Positions 1-9,640 of a stretch of DNA of 60,636 nt are shown here, in pieces. Position 1 is the stretch's first letter, and each line of letters opens with the position of its first letter. The DNA is taken from positions 1 through 60,636 of the forward strand of contig NJBI01000014.1 in assembly GCA_005222975.1 (NCBI GenBank). The letters are read 5' to 3'. The notes under the pieces are model-generated. The model had not been told where the DNA came from, made no database searches, and worked only from the letters and a program-made list of their open reading frames with translations. The position numbers and the translations under genes are program-made. This DNA comes from Promethearchaeota archaeon Loki_b31 (GTDB lineage: Archaea > Asgardarchaeota > Lokiarchaeia > Sigyniarchaeales > SOKP01).

Positions 1-1
1 T

Positions 2-799
2 GATTTAGAACTTCAAGGTGTAAAATTAGAAGATATAAAACAAATTTACACTCCTAGAGCCTATTTTAAAAAGCTTAAAGATAAAAATGAATTAACAGAA
101 ACAGAAATTCAGTCAAAAAATCTATGTGAACTTTTAATACATAAGGGTGAAATTCCAGAAAACTCTATTGGGATATCAGGTTCTCCTATGATTGGATTAA
201 ATAAAAGAAGCTCAGATATTGATATAGTTATATATGGTACTCAAGTTAGTTTAGAAATTCAAGATAAATTAAAACATATTTTTCAGGCTTCAAACAATTG
301 TAGAATGTATAATTTAGAGGAATATAAAACTCATTATAAATGGAGAGTCGGAGGGTCTGATATTAGCTTCAAGGATTTTCTAAAAAGTGAAAAAAAGAAG
401 TTACACCAAGGAAAATTCCATGGAATTGATTTTTTTATAAGGTATATTAAAAGCCCTAAAGATTGGAATGGAACTTATTACGATTATAAATTCAAGAATT
501 TAGGGAGAATAAAAATTAAAGCAAAAATTACTGATTCAACCAATTCGATTTTTACTCCTTGCTCTTATAAAATTAAGTGTTTGAAAGTTATTGAAAGAAA
601 AATTAATTGCAGAGACATAGACTTAAAGATTCTTAGTGAAATTAGCTCATTTAGAGGAAGATTTTGCGAACAAGCAATCAATGGTGAAAATGTGTTAGTT
701 GAAGGCAAATTAGAACAAATAACTTTCAGAAATACCAAAAATTACTTAAGACTTTTATTAACCAATCAAATTCAAGATAAAATGGTAATTATTGACTAG
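2..799 (+). CDS. Predicted nucleotidyltransferase (COG1665-like), 5'-truncated by window edge
   Basis: Frame is open from base 2 and reads ...IGISGSPMIGLNKRSSDIDIVIYG, the pol-beta GS/DxD motif. The C-terminus is OB-fold-like. The ORF track start at 188 is internal. Confidence 0.75.
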   Translation, partial: DLELQGVKLEDIKQIYTPRAYFKKLKDKNELTETEIQSKNLCELLIHKGEIPENSIGISGSPMIGLNKRSSDIDIVIYGTQVSLEIQDKLKHIFQASNNCRMYNLEEYKTHYKWRVGGSDISFKDFLKSEKKKLHQGKFHGIDFFIRYIKSPKDWNGTYYDYKFKNLGRIKIKAKITDSTNSIFTPCSYKIKCLKVIERKINCRDIDLKILSEISSFRGRFCEQAINGENVLVEGKLEQITFRNTKNYLRLLLTNQIQDKMVIID

Positions 800-879
800 T
801 AATTAATGAACTTTTTAAATTTCCAAAAAAATAATAGGAATGAAACATTTTTTTTTCTAAGAAATATCTGAGTTATAAA

Positions 880-1953
880 ATGATTGAGCGATATAAGAAG
901 TCAGCTGAATTAGATCCTAACGACGCTGATGCGTGGATTAATTTAGCAGATGCTTATTACGACGAAAACAAATATGATTATGCAATAGAGTCATACCAAA
1001 AAGCTATTGAAATTAATCCTTATTTTTCTGAAGTTTGGAATAATCTTGGGCTCTCATTTAGTATGGTGCGCCAGTATAAAGAAGCAATAAAGTGCTACCA
1101 AAAAGCAATTGAAATAGAACCCGATGATGCAATAGCTTACTATAACTTAGGATTTGCGCACGAAGACTTAGAAGAATACGACGAAGCGTTAAAATTTTAT
1201 AAAATAGCCTTAGAATATGATCCAGGATACACTGATATTTGGAATAATATCGCTTTAATTTATAAAGAAAACGAGCAATACGATAAGGCGATAAAATGCT
1301 ATGAAAAGGCTCTAAACATTAACCCCGACGAACCTTTATTGTACAATAATCTTGCTATTATTTATTATAACATTCAAAATTATGAGGAAGCGATTAGGTA
1401 CTATAAAAAAGCGCTTGATCTCGATCCGTTAAACGCCGAATTATGGTTTGATTTAGGAGATGTTGTTTATGAACAAAATGATTACGATTTAGCAATAGAG
1501 TGCTACAAAAAGGCAATAAAACTCGACCCTTCTTTCGTAGAAGCTTGGAATAACTTAGGATTATCATACACTTTTAAAGATAACTTCAAGGAATCGGTAG
1601 AATGTTATGAACAAGCTTTGAACCTACAGTCTGAAGATGCGATATTATATGAAAATTTAGCAATTAGTTATAGCGCTTTAAAAGATTTTGATAATGCTAT
1701 AATATATTTTCAAAACACTCTCAGAGTCGATCCAGATAATGTTAATACTCATAAGAAATTAGGACAAATTTATTTTGATGTAAAGAATGATTATAAAAAG
1801 GCTTTAATACATTTTAAAAAAGGTACCTCTCTTGATCCCTCTGATTTAGATTTTGGGGAATCTATGGTTCTTTGTTATCAGAAATTAGGGCAACCCAAGA
1901 AAGCCAAAGAATGGAATGAAAGGCGTTTTAAATGGCAATTAGAAAATAAATAA
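880..1953 (+). CDS. Tetratricopeptide repeat protein
   Basis: About 10 tandem 34-aa repeats (W-N-LG...Y..AI..Y.KA..L.P). Confidence 0.95.
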   Translation: MIERYKKSAELDPNDADAWINLADAYYDENKYDYAIESYQKAIEINPYFSEVWNNLGLSFSMVRQYKEAIKCYQKAIEIEPDDAIAYYNLGFAHEDLEEYDEALKFYKIALEYDPGYTDIWNNIALIYKENEQYDKAIKCYEKALNINPDEPLLYNNLAIIYYNIQNYEEAIRYYKKALDLDPLNAELWFDLGDVVYEQNDYDLAIECYKKAIKLDPSFVEAWNNLGLSYTFKDNFKESVECYEQALNLQSEDAILYENLAISYSALKDFDNAIIYFQNTLRVDPDNVNTHKKLGQIYFDVKNDYKKALIHFKKGTSLDPSDLDFGESMVLCYQKLGQPKKAKEWNERRFKWQLENK

Positions 1954-2008
1954 TCGCTTATTCTTTTTGAATTAAACTTTTTATTTGATTAAAATTTAAG
2001 AATAACTA

Positions 2009-3319
2009 ATGGATCTTTTTAATGCAGATTTACATATACACTCTCCACATTCAATAGCAGTATCTAAAAACCTAAATTTAGATACCATGGTTGAGACTTG
2101 CAAAAATAAAGGACTCGATATCCTTGGAACTGGAGATGTGTTGCAACCTGATTGGTTGAAGTATTTAGAAAAGAATTTGAAGAAGAACAATGACGGATCG
2201 TTCTCATATAAAGACATATTCTTTATTTTACAAACTGAAATTGAAGATATTGAAAGTGTTCACGAAGTAGTATTTTTCCCTGACTTTTCAACCGTAAGGG
2301 AAGTTCAAAAAAAAATTAAACCTTATTCGAAAAATCTCCTCGATGAGTGGGGTGGACGTCCGCGAGTGAACTTACCTCCTGCTGAATTAGTTGATATAAT
2401 CACTGATTTGGGGGCAATTATCGGACCGGCACACGCCTTTACCCCCTTCAAAGCAATTTTTCGTCAAAACAAATTTAAGACTCTTAAAGATTGTTACCAA
2501 GATGCCGAAAAAAAAGTCAAATTTGTAGAATTAGGGTTATCTGCCAACACAGATTTAGCTGATAGATTAGATTGCCTTAAAAATGTAACTTTTCTTAGCA
2601 ATAGTGATGCCCATTCTGAAGGACCTCGCGCTTTAGGAAGAGAATTTAATAAATTCAAAATGGATAATCCCTCTTTTGAAGAATTAGTTTTAGCAATTGA
2701 AAGAAAAAATCAACGCAAAATTGAATTAAATGTAGGGCTTCATCCCAAATTAGGGAAATACTTTAATATGTTTTGCCATAAATGTAGAAGAAGAATTATA
2801 TTCAAAAAAACAAAAAAGCAAGGTAGTTCTTTATTTAATCAATATTCAATAACGGAAGATTTTGTAAAAATTGTCGCAAACGACCCAATAAAAGCAAAAA
2901 AGGAATATATCAGCAATATAGCTAAAGGAAAAGTTACATGCCCCGCTTGTAAGGAAAAGTTCAATAAAAACATTAAAATTAAATTAGGTGTAAGTGAAAG
3001 AATTGAAGTTATTTCTACGTCACCAGAACCAATACACCCTAGCCATAGACCGCCATACATTAATGCCGTACCCTTATTTGACATAATACGATCTGTTAAA
3101 GGTATTAAAAGCACGAATAGCAAGACAGTTTTAAATACTTACAATAAAATAATAAATGAACTTGGAAGCGAATTTGAGGTTTTAATAGAAATCCCTTTGG
3201 AAAAAATCGTAAAATTTGACGAAGGGATTGCGTCTGTCATTGAAGCAATAAGAGCGAATAAAATTGAATACACACCGGGGGGTGGCGGGACTTACGGACA
3301 AATTCAACTTAGTATCTAA
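2009..3319 (+). CDS. Endonuclease Q family (PHP-domain) DNA repair protein
   Basis: DLHIHS, GTGD, PAHAFTP, SNSDAHS and LGKY motifs, a CxxC...CxxC zinc module, GVSERI and C-terminal PGGGGTYG. Confidence 0.85.
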   Translation: MDLFNADLHIHSPHSIAVSKNLNLDTMVETCKNKGLDILGTGDVLQPDWLKYLEKNLKKNNDGSFSYKDIFFILQTEIEDIESVHEVVFFPDFSTVREVQKKIKPYSKNLLDEWGGRPRVNLPPAELVDIITDLGAIIGPAHAFTPFKAIFRQNKFKTLKDCYQDAEKKVKFVELGLSANTDLADRLDCLKNVTFLSNSDAHSEGPRALGREFNKFKMDNPSFEELVLAIERKNQRKIELNVGLHPKLGKYFNMFCHKCRRRIIFKKTKKQGSSLFNQYSITEDFVKIVANDPIKAKKEYISNIAKGKVTCPACKEKFNKNIKIKLGVSERIEVISTSPEPIHPSHRPPYINAVPLFDIIRSVKGIKSTNSKTVLNTYNKIINELGSEFEVLIEIPLEKIVKFDEGIASVIEAIRANKIEYTPGGGGTYGQIQLSI

Positions 3320-3389
3320 TTTTCTTAAAACTTAAAATTAAGTTTCTGCTAATTTTTAGAACGAGTTATAAAAAATTTTTTTATATTAG

Positions 3390-3629
3390 CTAAATTTCAA
3401 ACTCTAATCGAAGCGATAGCAACTCACCACATTTAGAGCAAGTCATGAAGTCGAATATCTTAAAAGCCACCACCATAAGCTCCAAATCTTTTCTAGGAAA
3501 TTGATTTCTGAACTTTTTTATATAATCTCCAGATGGACAACTAATTATAGCTCTCACCTTGATTAGATTCTCATTATCAGAATCATTGAAAGGCCTATCA
3601 GTTGTTTCATTATTTAATTCAATTTCCAT
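3390..3629 (-). CDS. Small zinc-ribbon-like hypothetical protein
   Basis: 79 aa with CPSG...CSKCG and an SD-like GGGGT upstream. Confidence 0.6.
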   Translation of the reverse strand: MEIELNNETTDRPFNDSDNENLIKVRAIISCPSGDYIKKFRNQFPRKDLELMVVAFKIFDFMTCSKCGELLSLRLEFEI

Positions 3630-4095
3630 ACTATTTAACCCCGAACATATATTGAATGAAAATTCAGTCTTATAAATTTATTTACTTTTAAAGTGGTTCT
3701 TTTATTCACACGAACAAGTAGAAATTCGTTGAATTATTGGATGCATTATGAAAATTTTTAATTTTAACTATTTTTTAAACAATTCTTCTTCTTTCTTATT
3801 TTACAATTAAACTTCTGTTATGAAAATTGGTGCATTATATAAATCTGTAAATTTGTCGTAAATTATGAAAATTGTGAGAAAAAAAAAGGGAGGAATAAAA
3901 ATATAAACATCACATTTCTTTAATTTTATTATATTCTCTTTGTACTATTCAAATGTTATATCAGTAATATTTGAAGAGTAATAATATAGACGTGATATCA
4001 AAACAGAATAGATTCGAATCGATTTTAAATATTACTTGCATATTACTTTCTTATATTATTTGGATATAATACTCAATATTATAAATTGCTCCTAA

Positions 4096-5244
4096 TTGTG
4101 GTTGATAATTATGAATAATGATGAATTAGATTTAAGCGATCTCGCGAGATCAAGAGCGTCAGTAAGGTCTAGATTTAATGAAATCGCCCATCAAAATGTA
4201 AATTCTAACAAATTAGATAGCGATAAATATCTTTCGGATTTACTTAAAGTTTTAAAGATAAAATCTATAGTAGTTGGAATTGGTGGTGCAGGAAACAATA
4301 CAGTGTCAAGAATGCAAGATATGGGTTCTGAATTTATTGAAACTTTAAATATTAACACAGATGCTCACGATTTATATTATTCAAATGCTAATCAGAAACT
4401 ACTAATAGGAAAGGAAACTTGTAACGGATTAGGTTCAGGCAACGACCCTAGTATTGGAACTATTGCTGCAGAAGAAGATGTCCATCGACTTTCGCAAGCT
4501 TTAAACGCAGATGTAGTTTTTTTAACGTTTGGATTGGGAGGAGGTACGGGTACAGGTGCGGCACCTATAGTTGCGAGGGAAGCAAAAAAGAACAACGCTA
4601 CGGTTGTATCGTTTTGCTCGGTGCCTTTTACATCTGAAGGAACTGAACGAAGCCTAAGAGCAAAAAAAGGTTTAGAAGAACTTCTTAAATATTCTGATAC
4701 ATTAATCCCCGTCCCAAATGATAATCTTCTACGTTTCAATCAAAAGCTCCCCATTTTAACCGGCTTTAAGATAATGGATGAGGTTTTAATTAGAAGCATT
4801 AACGAAATTATTAATTTAATAAACAATTGTGGTTTGATCAACATTGATTACGCCGATGTGAGAAAAGTAATTCAAAAAAAAGGGCAATACCCTTCTGGTT
4901 TAATAGGTATCACAGAATCTTTAGGAGACGAAGCCGATTTAATAATAAAAGCGAGGTTAGCGCTTCACAACCCCCTTTTAGAACCAGATACTAAAAAAGT
5001 TGATAATTGTATAGTTTCAGTTTCGGGAGATCACCAGCTATCTTTATCCCAAATAGATAAAATTATCTCGACAGTCTCAAGCGAAATTCCTGAAGACGCT
5101 TACCTCAAATTTGGGACTTCCATAAATCCAATGTTAGGTTCGAAAATTAGGATTATGGCTTTAGGACGAGGGCCAATCTCTCCTTACGTTCAAGCGGCAA
5201 TCGATGGTACAGAATTTCCACACTCTAACTTTAGCCAATTCTAA
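4096..5244 (+). CDS. ftsZ: FtsZ/tubulin-family GTPase (likely start ATG 4111 or 4096 TTG)
   Basis: GIGGAGNN, NTD, GLGSG, GLGGGTGTG signature, PFTSEG and T7 loop INIDYADV. Confidence 0.93.
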   Translation: MWLIIMNNDELDLSDLARSRASVRSRFNEIAHQNVNSNKLDSDKYLSDLLKVLKIKSIVVGIGGAGNNTVSRMQDMGSEFIETLNINTDAHDLYYSNANQKLLIGKETCNGLGSGNDPSIGTIAAEEDVHRLSQALNADVVFLTFGLGGGTGTGAAPIVAREAKKNNATVVSFCSVPFTSEGTERSLRAKKGLEELLKYSDTLIPVPNDNLLRFNQKLPILTGFKIMDEVLIRSINEIINLINNCGLINIDYADVRKVIQKKGQYPSGLIGITESLGDEADLIIKARLALHNPLLEPDTKKVDNCIVSVSGDHQLSLSQIDKIISTVSSEIPEDAYLKFGTSINPMLGSKIRIMALGRGPISPYVQAAIDGTEFPHSNFSQF

Positions 5245-5362
5245 ATTTGTCTTCTCTAAACTAGGTTATAAAATTCTAATTTTATTCATCATTAAGCTTT
5301 TCTTAATGATTTACTTCTAATTAATAACAATTGAAAAAGGTGAATCTATTATTGGAAAAATA

Positions 5363-5800
5363 ATGCCTGAAGAAGAGCTAAAAAAGGAAATACGGGATTT
5401 TTTAGAAAAAAGAAAAATAATTGTACTCTGCACTTGTTCGAATAATGTACCTCGCGCGACTCCAATGGATTTTTATATGGATAAGAAATCTGACGATTTT
5501 AATATTTATGTGGGACCTGCTCCGGGAAGGAAGGTAAAAAATATCGAGGAAAACCCAATTGTGAGCATTGGAATCTATACGCCTATGGATACCGGCAAAA
5601 TCCAAGGGATGCAAATTACTGCTTCCGGTAAAGAGAGATTAATTTTTTTGAGAGAAGGGGACGATGATTTTGAAAAAGCTCAAAAGATAGTACGGGGAAG
5701 GAGAAAGCTCCTCTTGAAGATTATTCCAGAAAAAATCGAGTTACTAGATTATAATTTCATTAAAAAAGGGTATTCACGCCTTCAATATTTAGAATTATAG
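5363..5800 (+). CDS. Pyridoxamine 5'-phosphate oxidase-like FMN-binding split-barrel protein
   Basis: LCT..NNVPRATPM and RKVKNIEENPIVSI motifs. Confidence 0.8.
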   Translation: MPEEELKKEIRDFLEKRKIIVLCTCSNNVPRATPMDFYMDKKSDDFNIYVGPAPGRKVKNIEENPIVSIGIYTPMDTGKIQGMQITASGKERLIFLREGDDDFEKAQKIVRGRRKLLLKIIPEKIELLDYNFIKKGYSRLQYLEL

Positions 5801-5850
5801 TTTTTATAAAATCTCGTTTAGAATTTGATACGAACGAAAGTTTCGTTATA

Positions 5851-6034
5851 TTTTTAAAACCCTTTTACTTTATTTTAAGTATAATTACGGATGTGGACGT
5901 TATGAATGAAAAATCTAAATTTTTAGTTTTAACATCAATTTTCATAGAGATCATATCCGATATTATTATTAGATAAAATTCTTTTCTTTATGAAACGAAT
6001 TTCGAAAGAAACTATTCACATCCTGTTTCATAAA
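5851..6034 (+). promoter_or_regulatory. Putative ileS promoter and structured attenuator-like leader
   Basis: TATA-like TTTTTAAA at 5851. 10-bp stem 5987-5996/6025-6034 with an inner GAAA-loop hairpin. Alternative pairing 5889-5897/6015-6023. Confidence 0.5.
5902..5976 (+). CDS. Putative Ile-rich leader peptide (uORF) of ileS: MNEKSKFLVLTSIFIEIISDIIIR
   Basis: ATG 5902 to TAA 5976, with 7 Ile codons in the last 12 sense codons. SD-like GGATGTGGA at 5889-5897; lies directly upstream of ileS. Confidence 0.6.
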   Translation: MNEKSKFLVLTSIFIEIISDIIIR

Positions 6035-6095
6035 TTAAAAACAGAACTTTAACATATTTATAAAATAATATTTCAAAAAAGTACAATAACAAAAT

Positions 6096-8963
6096 GTGGT
6101 AGGTTATATGTTATATATTGAAAAGGAAGAAGAAATAATCCAGTTTTGGAAAGAAAATAAGATATTCGAAAAGAGTGTCGAGTCTAGATCAAAAAAAAAA
6201 CCTTATGTATTTTATGATGGTCCTCCATTTGCCACAGGTTTACCCCATTACGGACATATATTAAGTTTTGTAACAAAAGACGTATTTCCAAGGTATTGGA
6301 CGATGAAAAATCATCGCTGCGAAAGAAAATGGGGGTGGGATTGTCATGGGCTTCCTATAGAAAGCATTTGCGAACGAGCATTAAATTTAAAGCAGAAGAA
6401 CGAAATATACGAGATGGGCTTAAGTGAGTTTAACGAATTCTGTAGATCAAAAGTTCTTTGGTACACTAATGAATGGAAAAACACTGTTGAACGGATGGGC
6501 AAATGGATTGAATTTGATAACGCTTATAAGACAATGGATAACTCGTATATGGAAACAATTTGGTTTATATTTAAGAAAATATACGATGAAGGATATGTGT
6601 ACAAAGGTAAAAAAGTTCTTCTTTATTGTCCAAGATGCGAAACACCTCTCTCAAATTTTGAAATATCCATGGATAACAGTTATAAGGATGTTACCGAAAA
6701 ATCTCTTATAGCGAAATTCAAATTAAAGGATAATTCGGATACTTATTTGCTTGCTTGGAGTACAACGCCATGGACATTAATTGGAAATGTAGCTTTAGCA
6801 GTAAATAGTAAACTTAATTATGTTAAAATCAGGGTTGAAGATGAATTTTTAATTTTGATCAAATCCAGATTAGATATAATAAACGAGAATTACGAGATAG
6901 TTGATGAATTTAAAGGAGAAGATTTAATAAATAAACCATATGAACCTTTATATCAAGTTTCTGTCAAGACTGACAAAGTAGGCCATTTTATCATTGATGG
7001 AGGTGAAGATGTCTTGTCAGATGAAGGTACGGGAATAGTACATATGGCTATTTATGGAGAATTTGATTACGAGATGATTAATAAATACGATATGCCGATA
7101 ATCCAACACATTGATGAACAAGGTAAATTGGCTGAAGGTCCAGAAGATTGGAAGGGTTTGTGGTTCAAAGATGTTGATAAAGAAGTCTTAGATGACTTGA
7201 ATAGTCGAAATCTTTTATATAATACAGAAGACTACAAACACTCGTATCCTTTTTGTTATAGGTGCGATACTCCTCTAATGTATAACGCCCTTGATGCCTG
7301 GTTCATAAACATTCAGAGAATAAAACCTACGCTTCTAAAAACAAATGAACGAATCAATTGGTATCCTAAAGAAATTTCTAAAAGTTATCAAAACATTATA
7401 AAAAGCGCTCCTGATTGGTGTATTTCGAGAAATCGATTTTGGGCTACTACTATGCCAATATGGGTATGCGTGAAGTGTAATACAATTAAAGTGATAGGTT
7501 CTGTGAAAGAACTACAAGACCATGCTAACGAAACGGTTCCTGATAATTTAGATCTACATAGGCACATCGTAGATGATATACATTTGAAATGCTCTGAATG
7601 TGGAAATATAATGAATCGCATACCTGAAGTGTTTGATTGTTGGCTCGAATCGGGTTCAATGCCATATGCTGCAAAACATTATCCTTTTGAGAATGTAGAC
7701 TGGTTCAAGCACAATTTCCCTAGCGATTTTGTGTCTGAATACATTGGACAGGTAAGGGCTTGGTTCTACTACATGCATGTAATCTCAATTCTGTTGTTTG
7801 ATGACATTCCGTTTAAAAATGTCGTCGTAAACGGTAATATACTTGCTGAAGATGGCACCAAAATGTCAAAATCAAAAAAAAATTACGTTGATCCGTCCCT
7901 TATAATAAGATCATACGGAGCTGACGCGTTAAGGATTTACCTATTAGCATCTCAGCTAATGCGAGCAAAAGATTTAAACTTTAAAGAAGAAATTGTTAAA
8001 CAAGTCTATCGAAGATTTAATTTGTTATTATTCAATGTTCTAAATTTCTATTCTTTATTTGAAATCAACAATTTATCTGTAGATAACTCCAATTCAGAAA
8101 ATATTTTAGATAGGTGGATTATAGACTTAGTGAATAATCTTACACGGGATGTGACTCAGCGATTAGATGATTACGATACGGGAGAAGCAAGCAAATTAAT
8201 TATCAATTTTGTTGAAGATTTGTCAACCTGGTACATCAAAAATAGTAGAAATAGGTTTAAAAGCGAAGTAATAAAAGAAAAGCTAGCAGCTATGAATACT
8301 TTGACATATGTACTTCACAATTTATCGAAAATCTTAGCTCCATTAACGCCCTTCATTTCTGAAATGATATATCAGAAATTGAGAGAAAAAAACCTCGTAA
8401 AATACGAATCCGTACATTTAGACTTATGGCCAGATTATGATCAAAGTTTATCCTTTCCCAATCTAAGTGCTAAAATGAATTTAACTAAGGAAATAGTTCA
8501 AAAATCTTTGGAATTAAGAGAAAAGATTAAGATACCTTTACGACAAGTATTAAAAAAGATAACACTAAAAGGAGTAAGTTTAGAAGATGAATTTTTAGAA
8601 TTAGTTAAAAAAGTATTAAATGTGAAAGAAGTCGTTATTAAAAATGAAGATATGTCTGAATTAACTGTAGAATTGGATACAGAAATCACGAGAGAACTGA
8701 AACTAGAAGGAATAGCTAGAAACTTAATAAGAAATATTAATAATTATAGGAAGAAAATGAAGCTATCTCCGAATAACAGAATAAAATTATATTTAAATAC
8801 TGAAGACAATGAAATTTTAGAATCAATATCTAAATACCAAAACTATATCAAAAAAATGGTACAAGCAGACGCGATTTTTAATAAGATAGATAATAACAGA
8901 GATATTAGGACATTTAAAGTAAACCAAAGCGAAGTTTCAACTTATCTCGAGGTAATAACTTAA
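6096..8963 (+). CDS. ileS: Isoleucyl-tRNA synthetase (IleRS2/eukaryote-like type; likely start ATG 6108)
   Basis: DGPPFATGLPHYGH, GWDCHGLP, WSTTPWTL, DWCISRNRFW and KMSKS motifs. Confidence 0.96.
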   Translation: MVGYMLYIEKEEEIIQFWKENKIFEKSVESRSKKKPYVFYDGPPFATGLPHYGHILSFVTKDVFPRYWTMKNHRCERKWGWDCHGLPIESICERALNLKQKNEIYEMGLSEFNEFCRSKVLWYTNEWKNTVERMGKWIEFDNAYKTMDNSYMETIWFIFKKIYDEGYVYKGKKVLLYCPRCETPLSNFEISMDNSYKDVTEKSLIAKFKLKDNSDTYLLAWSTTPWTLIGNVALAVNSKLNYVKIRVEDEFLILIKSRLDIINENYEIVDEFKGEDLINKPYEPLYQVSVKTDKVGHFIIDGGEDVLSDEGTGIVHMAIYGEFDYEMINKYDMPIIQHIDEQGKLAEGPEDWKGLWFKDVDKEVLDDLNSRNLLYNTEDYKHSYPFCYRCDTPLMYNALDAWFINIQRIKPTLLKTNERINWYPKEISKSYQNIIKSAPDWCISRNRFWATTMPIWVCVKCNTIKVIGSVKELQDHANETVPDNLDLHRHIVDDIHLKCSECGNIMNRIPEVFDCWLESGSMPYAAKHYPFENVDWFKHNFPSDFVSEYIGQVRAWFYYMHVISILLFDDIPFKNVVVNGNILAEDGTKMSKSKKNYVDPSLIIRSYGADALRIYLLASQLMRAKDLNFKEEIVKQVYRRFNLLLFNVLNFYSLFEINNLSVDNSNSENILDRWIIDLVNNLTRDVTQRLDDYDTGEASKLIINFVEDLSTWYIKNSRNRFKSEVIKEKLAAMNTLTYVLHNLSKILAPLTPFISEMIYQKLREKNLVKYESVHLDLWPDYDQSLSFPNLSAKMNLTKEIVQKSLELREKIKIPLRQVLKKITLKGVSLEDEFLELVKKVLNVKEVVIKNEDMSELTVELDTEITRELKLEGIARNLIRNINNYRKKMKLSPNNRIKLYLNTEDNEILESISKYQNYIKKMVQADAIFNKIDNNRDIRTFKVNQSEVSTYLEVIT

Positions 8964-9064
8964 TAATACATATTTATTTTTAAATTTATGAAGTAAACAT
9001 ATAGAGAGAAAAAAGAAATAATATTAGTTTTTAGATGCTATATTTTAAATGTTAATTTTTGGAA

Positions 9065-9373
9065 CTACTTTTCTAACATATATTTAATAGCTGCATCCGC
9101 TTCAGTAAGTAACTCCATTTTAAATGTGTATCCTTCTACCGAAGCATAATAGATAAATCTTTTAGAGAGCGCGGCCATACTTTCTAAAACTTTATCATCT
9201 GGACACTCATATACTGCGTAAGTTTTATGCTTATCATCAATTACTTGTGCTGCCCAATGTTCGACTTTTTTCAGGAAGTCAGGGTAAGCCGGTTTGTCAG
9301 TTGACATATAATTTTTAATTAATTCATTTAACTTATGAGGAGGGAATTTTGCAACCATCATAATTTTAACCAT
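9065..9373 (-). CDS. Hypothetical protein (small ferredoxin-like fold, uncharacterised)
   Basis: Clean 102-aa ORF with SD AGGTGA upstream. Confidence 0.7.
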   Translation of the reverse strand: MVKIMMVAKFPPHKLNELIKNYMSTDKPAYPDFLKKVEHWAAQVIDDKHKTYAVYECPDDKVLESMAALSKRFIYYASVEGYTFKMELLTEADAAIKYMLEK

Positions 9374-9640
9374 TTTATTTTCACCTTTCTATATACTTTA
9401 TACTATATACTTTTTAACTTTGGATAAGAAATGTTAAGAAATAATATGAGATTTCTCTATAAAAACTTTAACAATTTCGTCAAAAAAAATCTCAATTCTG
9501 ATTTAAAATTAACCTTAAAAATTCTAATACCCACCTTTCAAATTTGATGTTGTTTATTTAGAGCAAAAGATTTTAGGAAAACATTAATTGTATTATTTAA
9601 TGATATCAGATGTTCATCAACAACTAACCTTTGATTAAAA

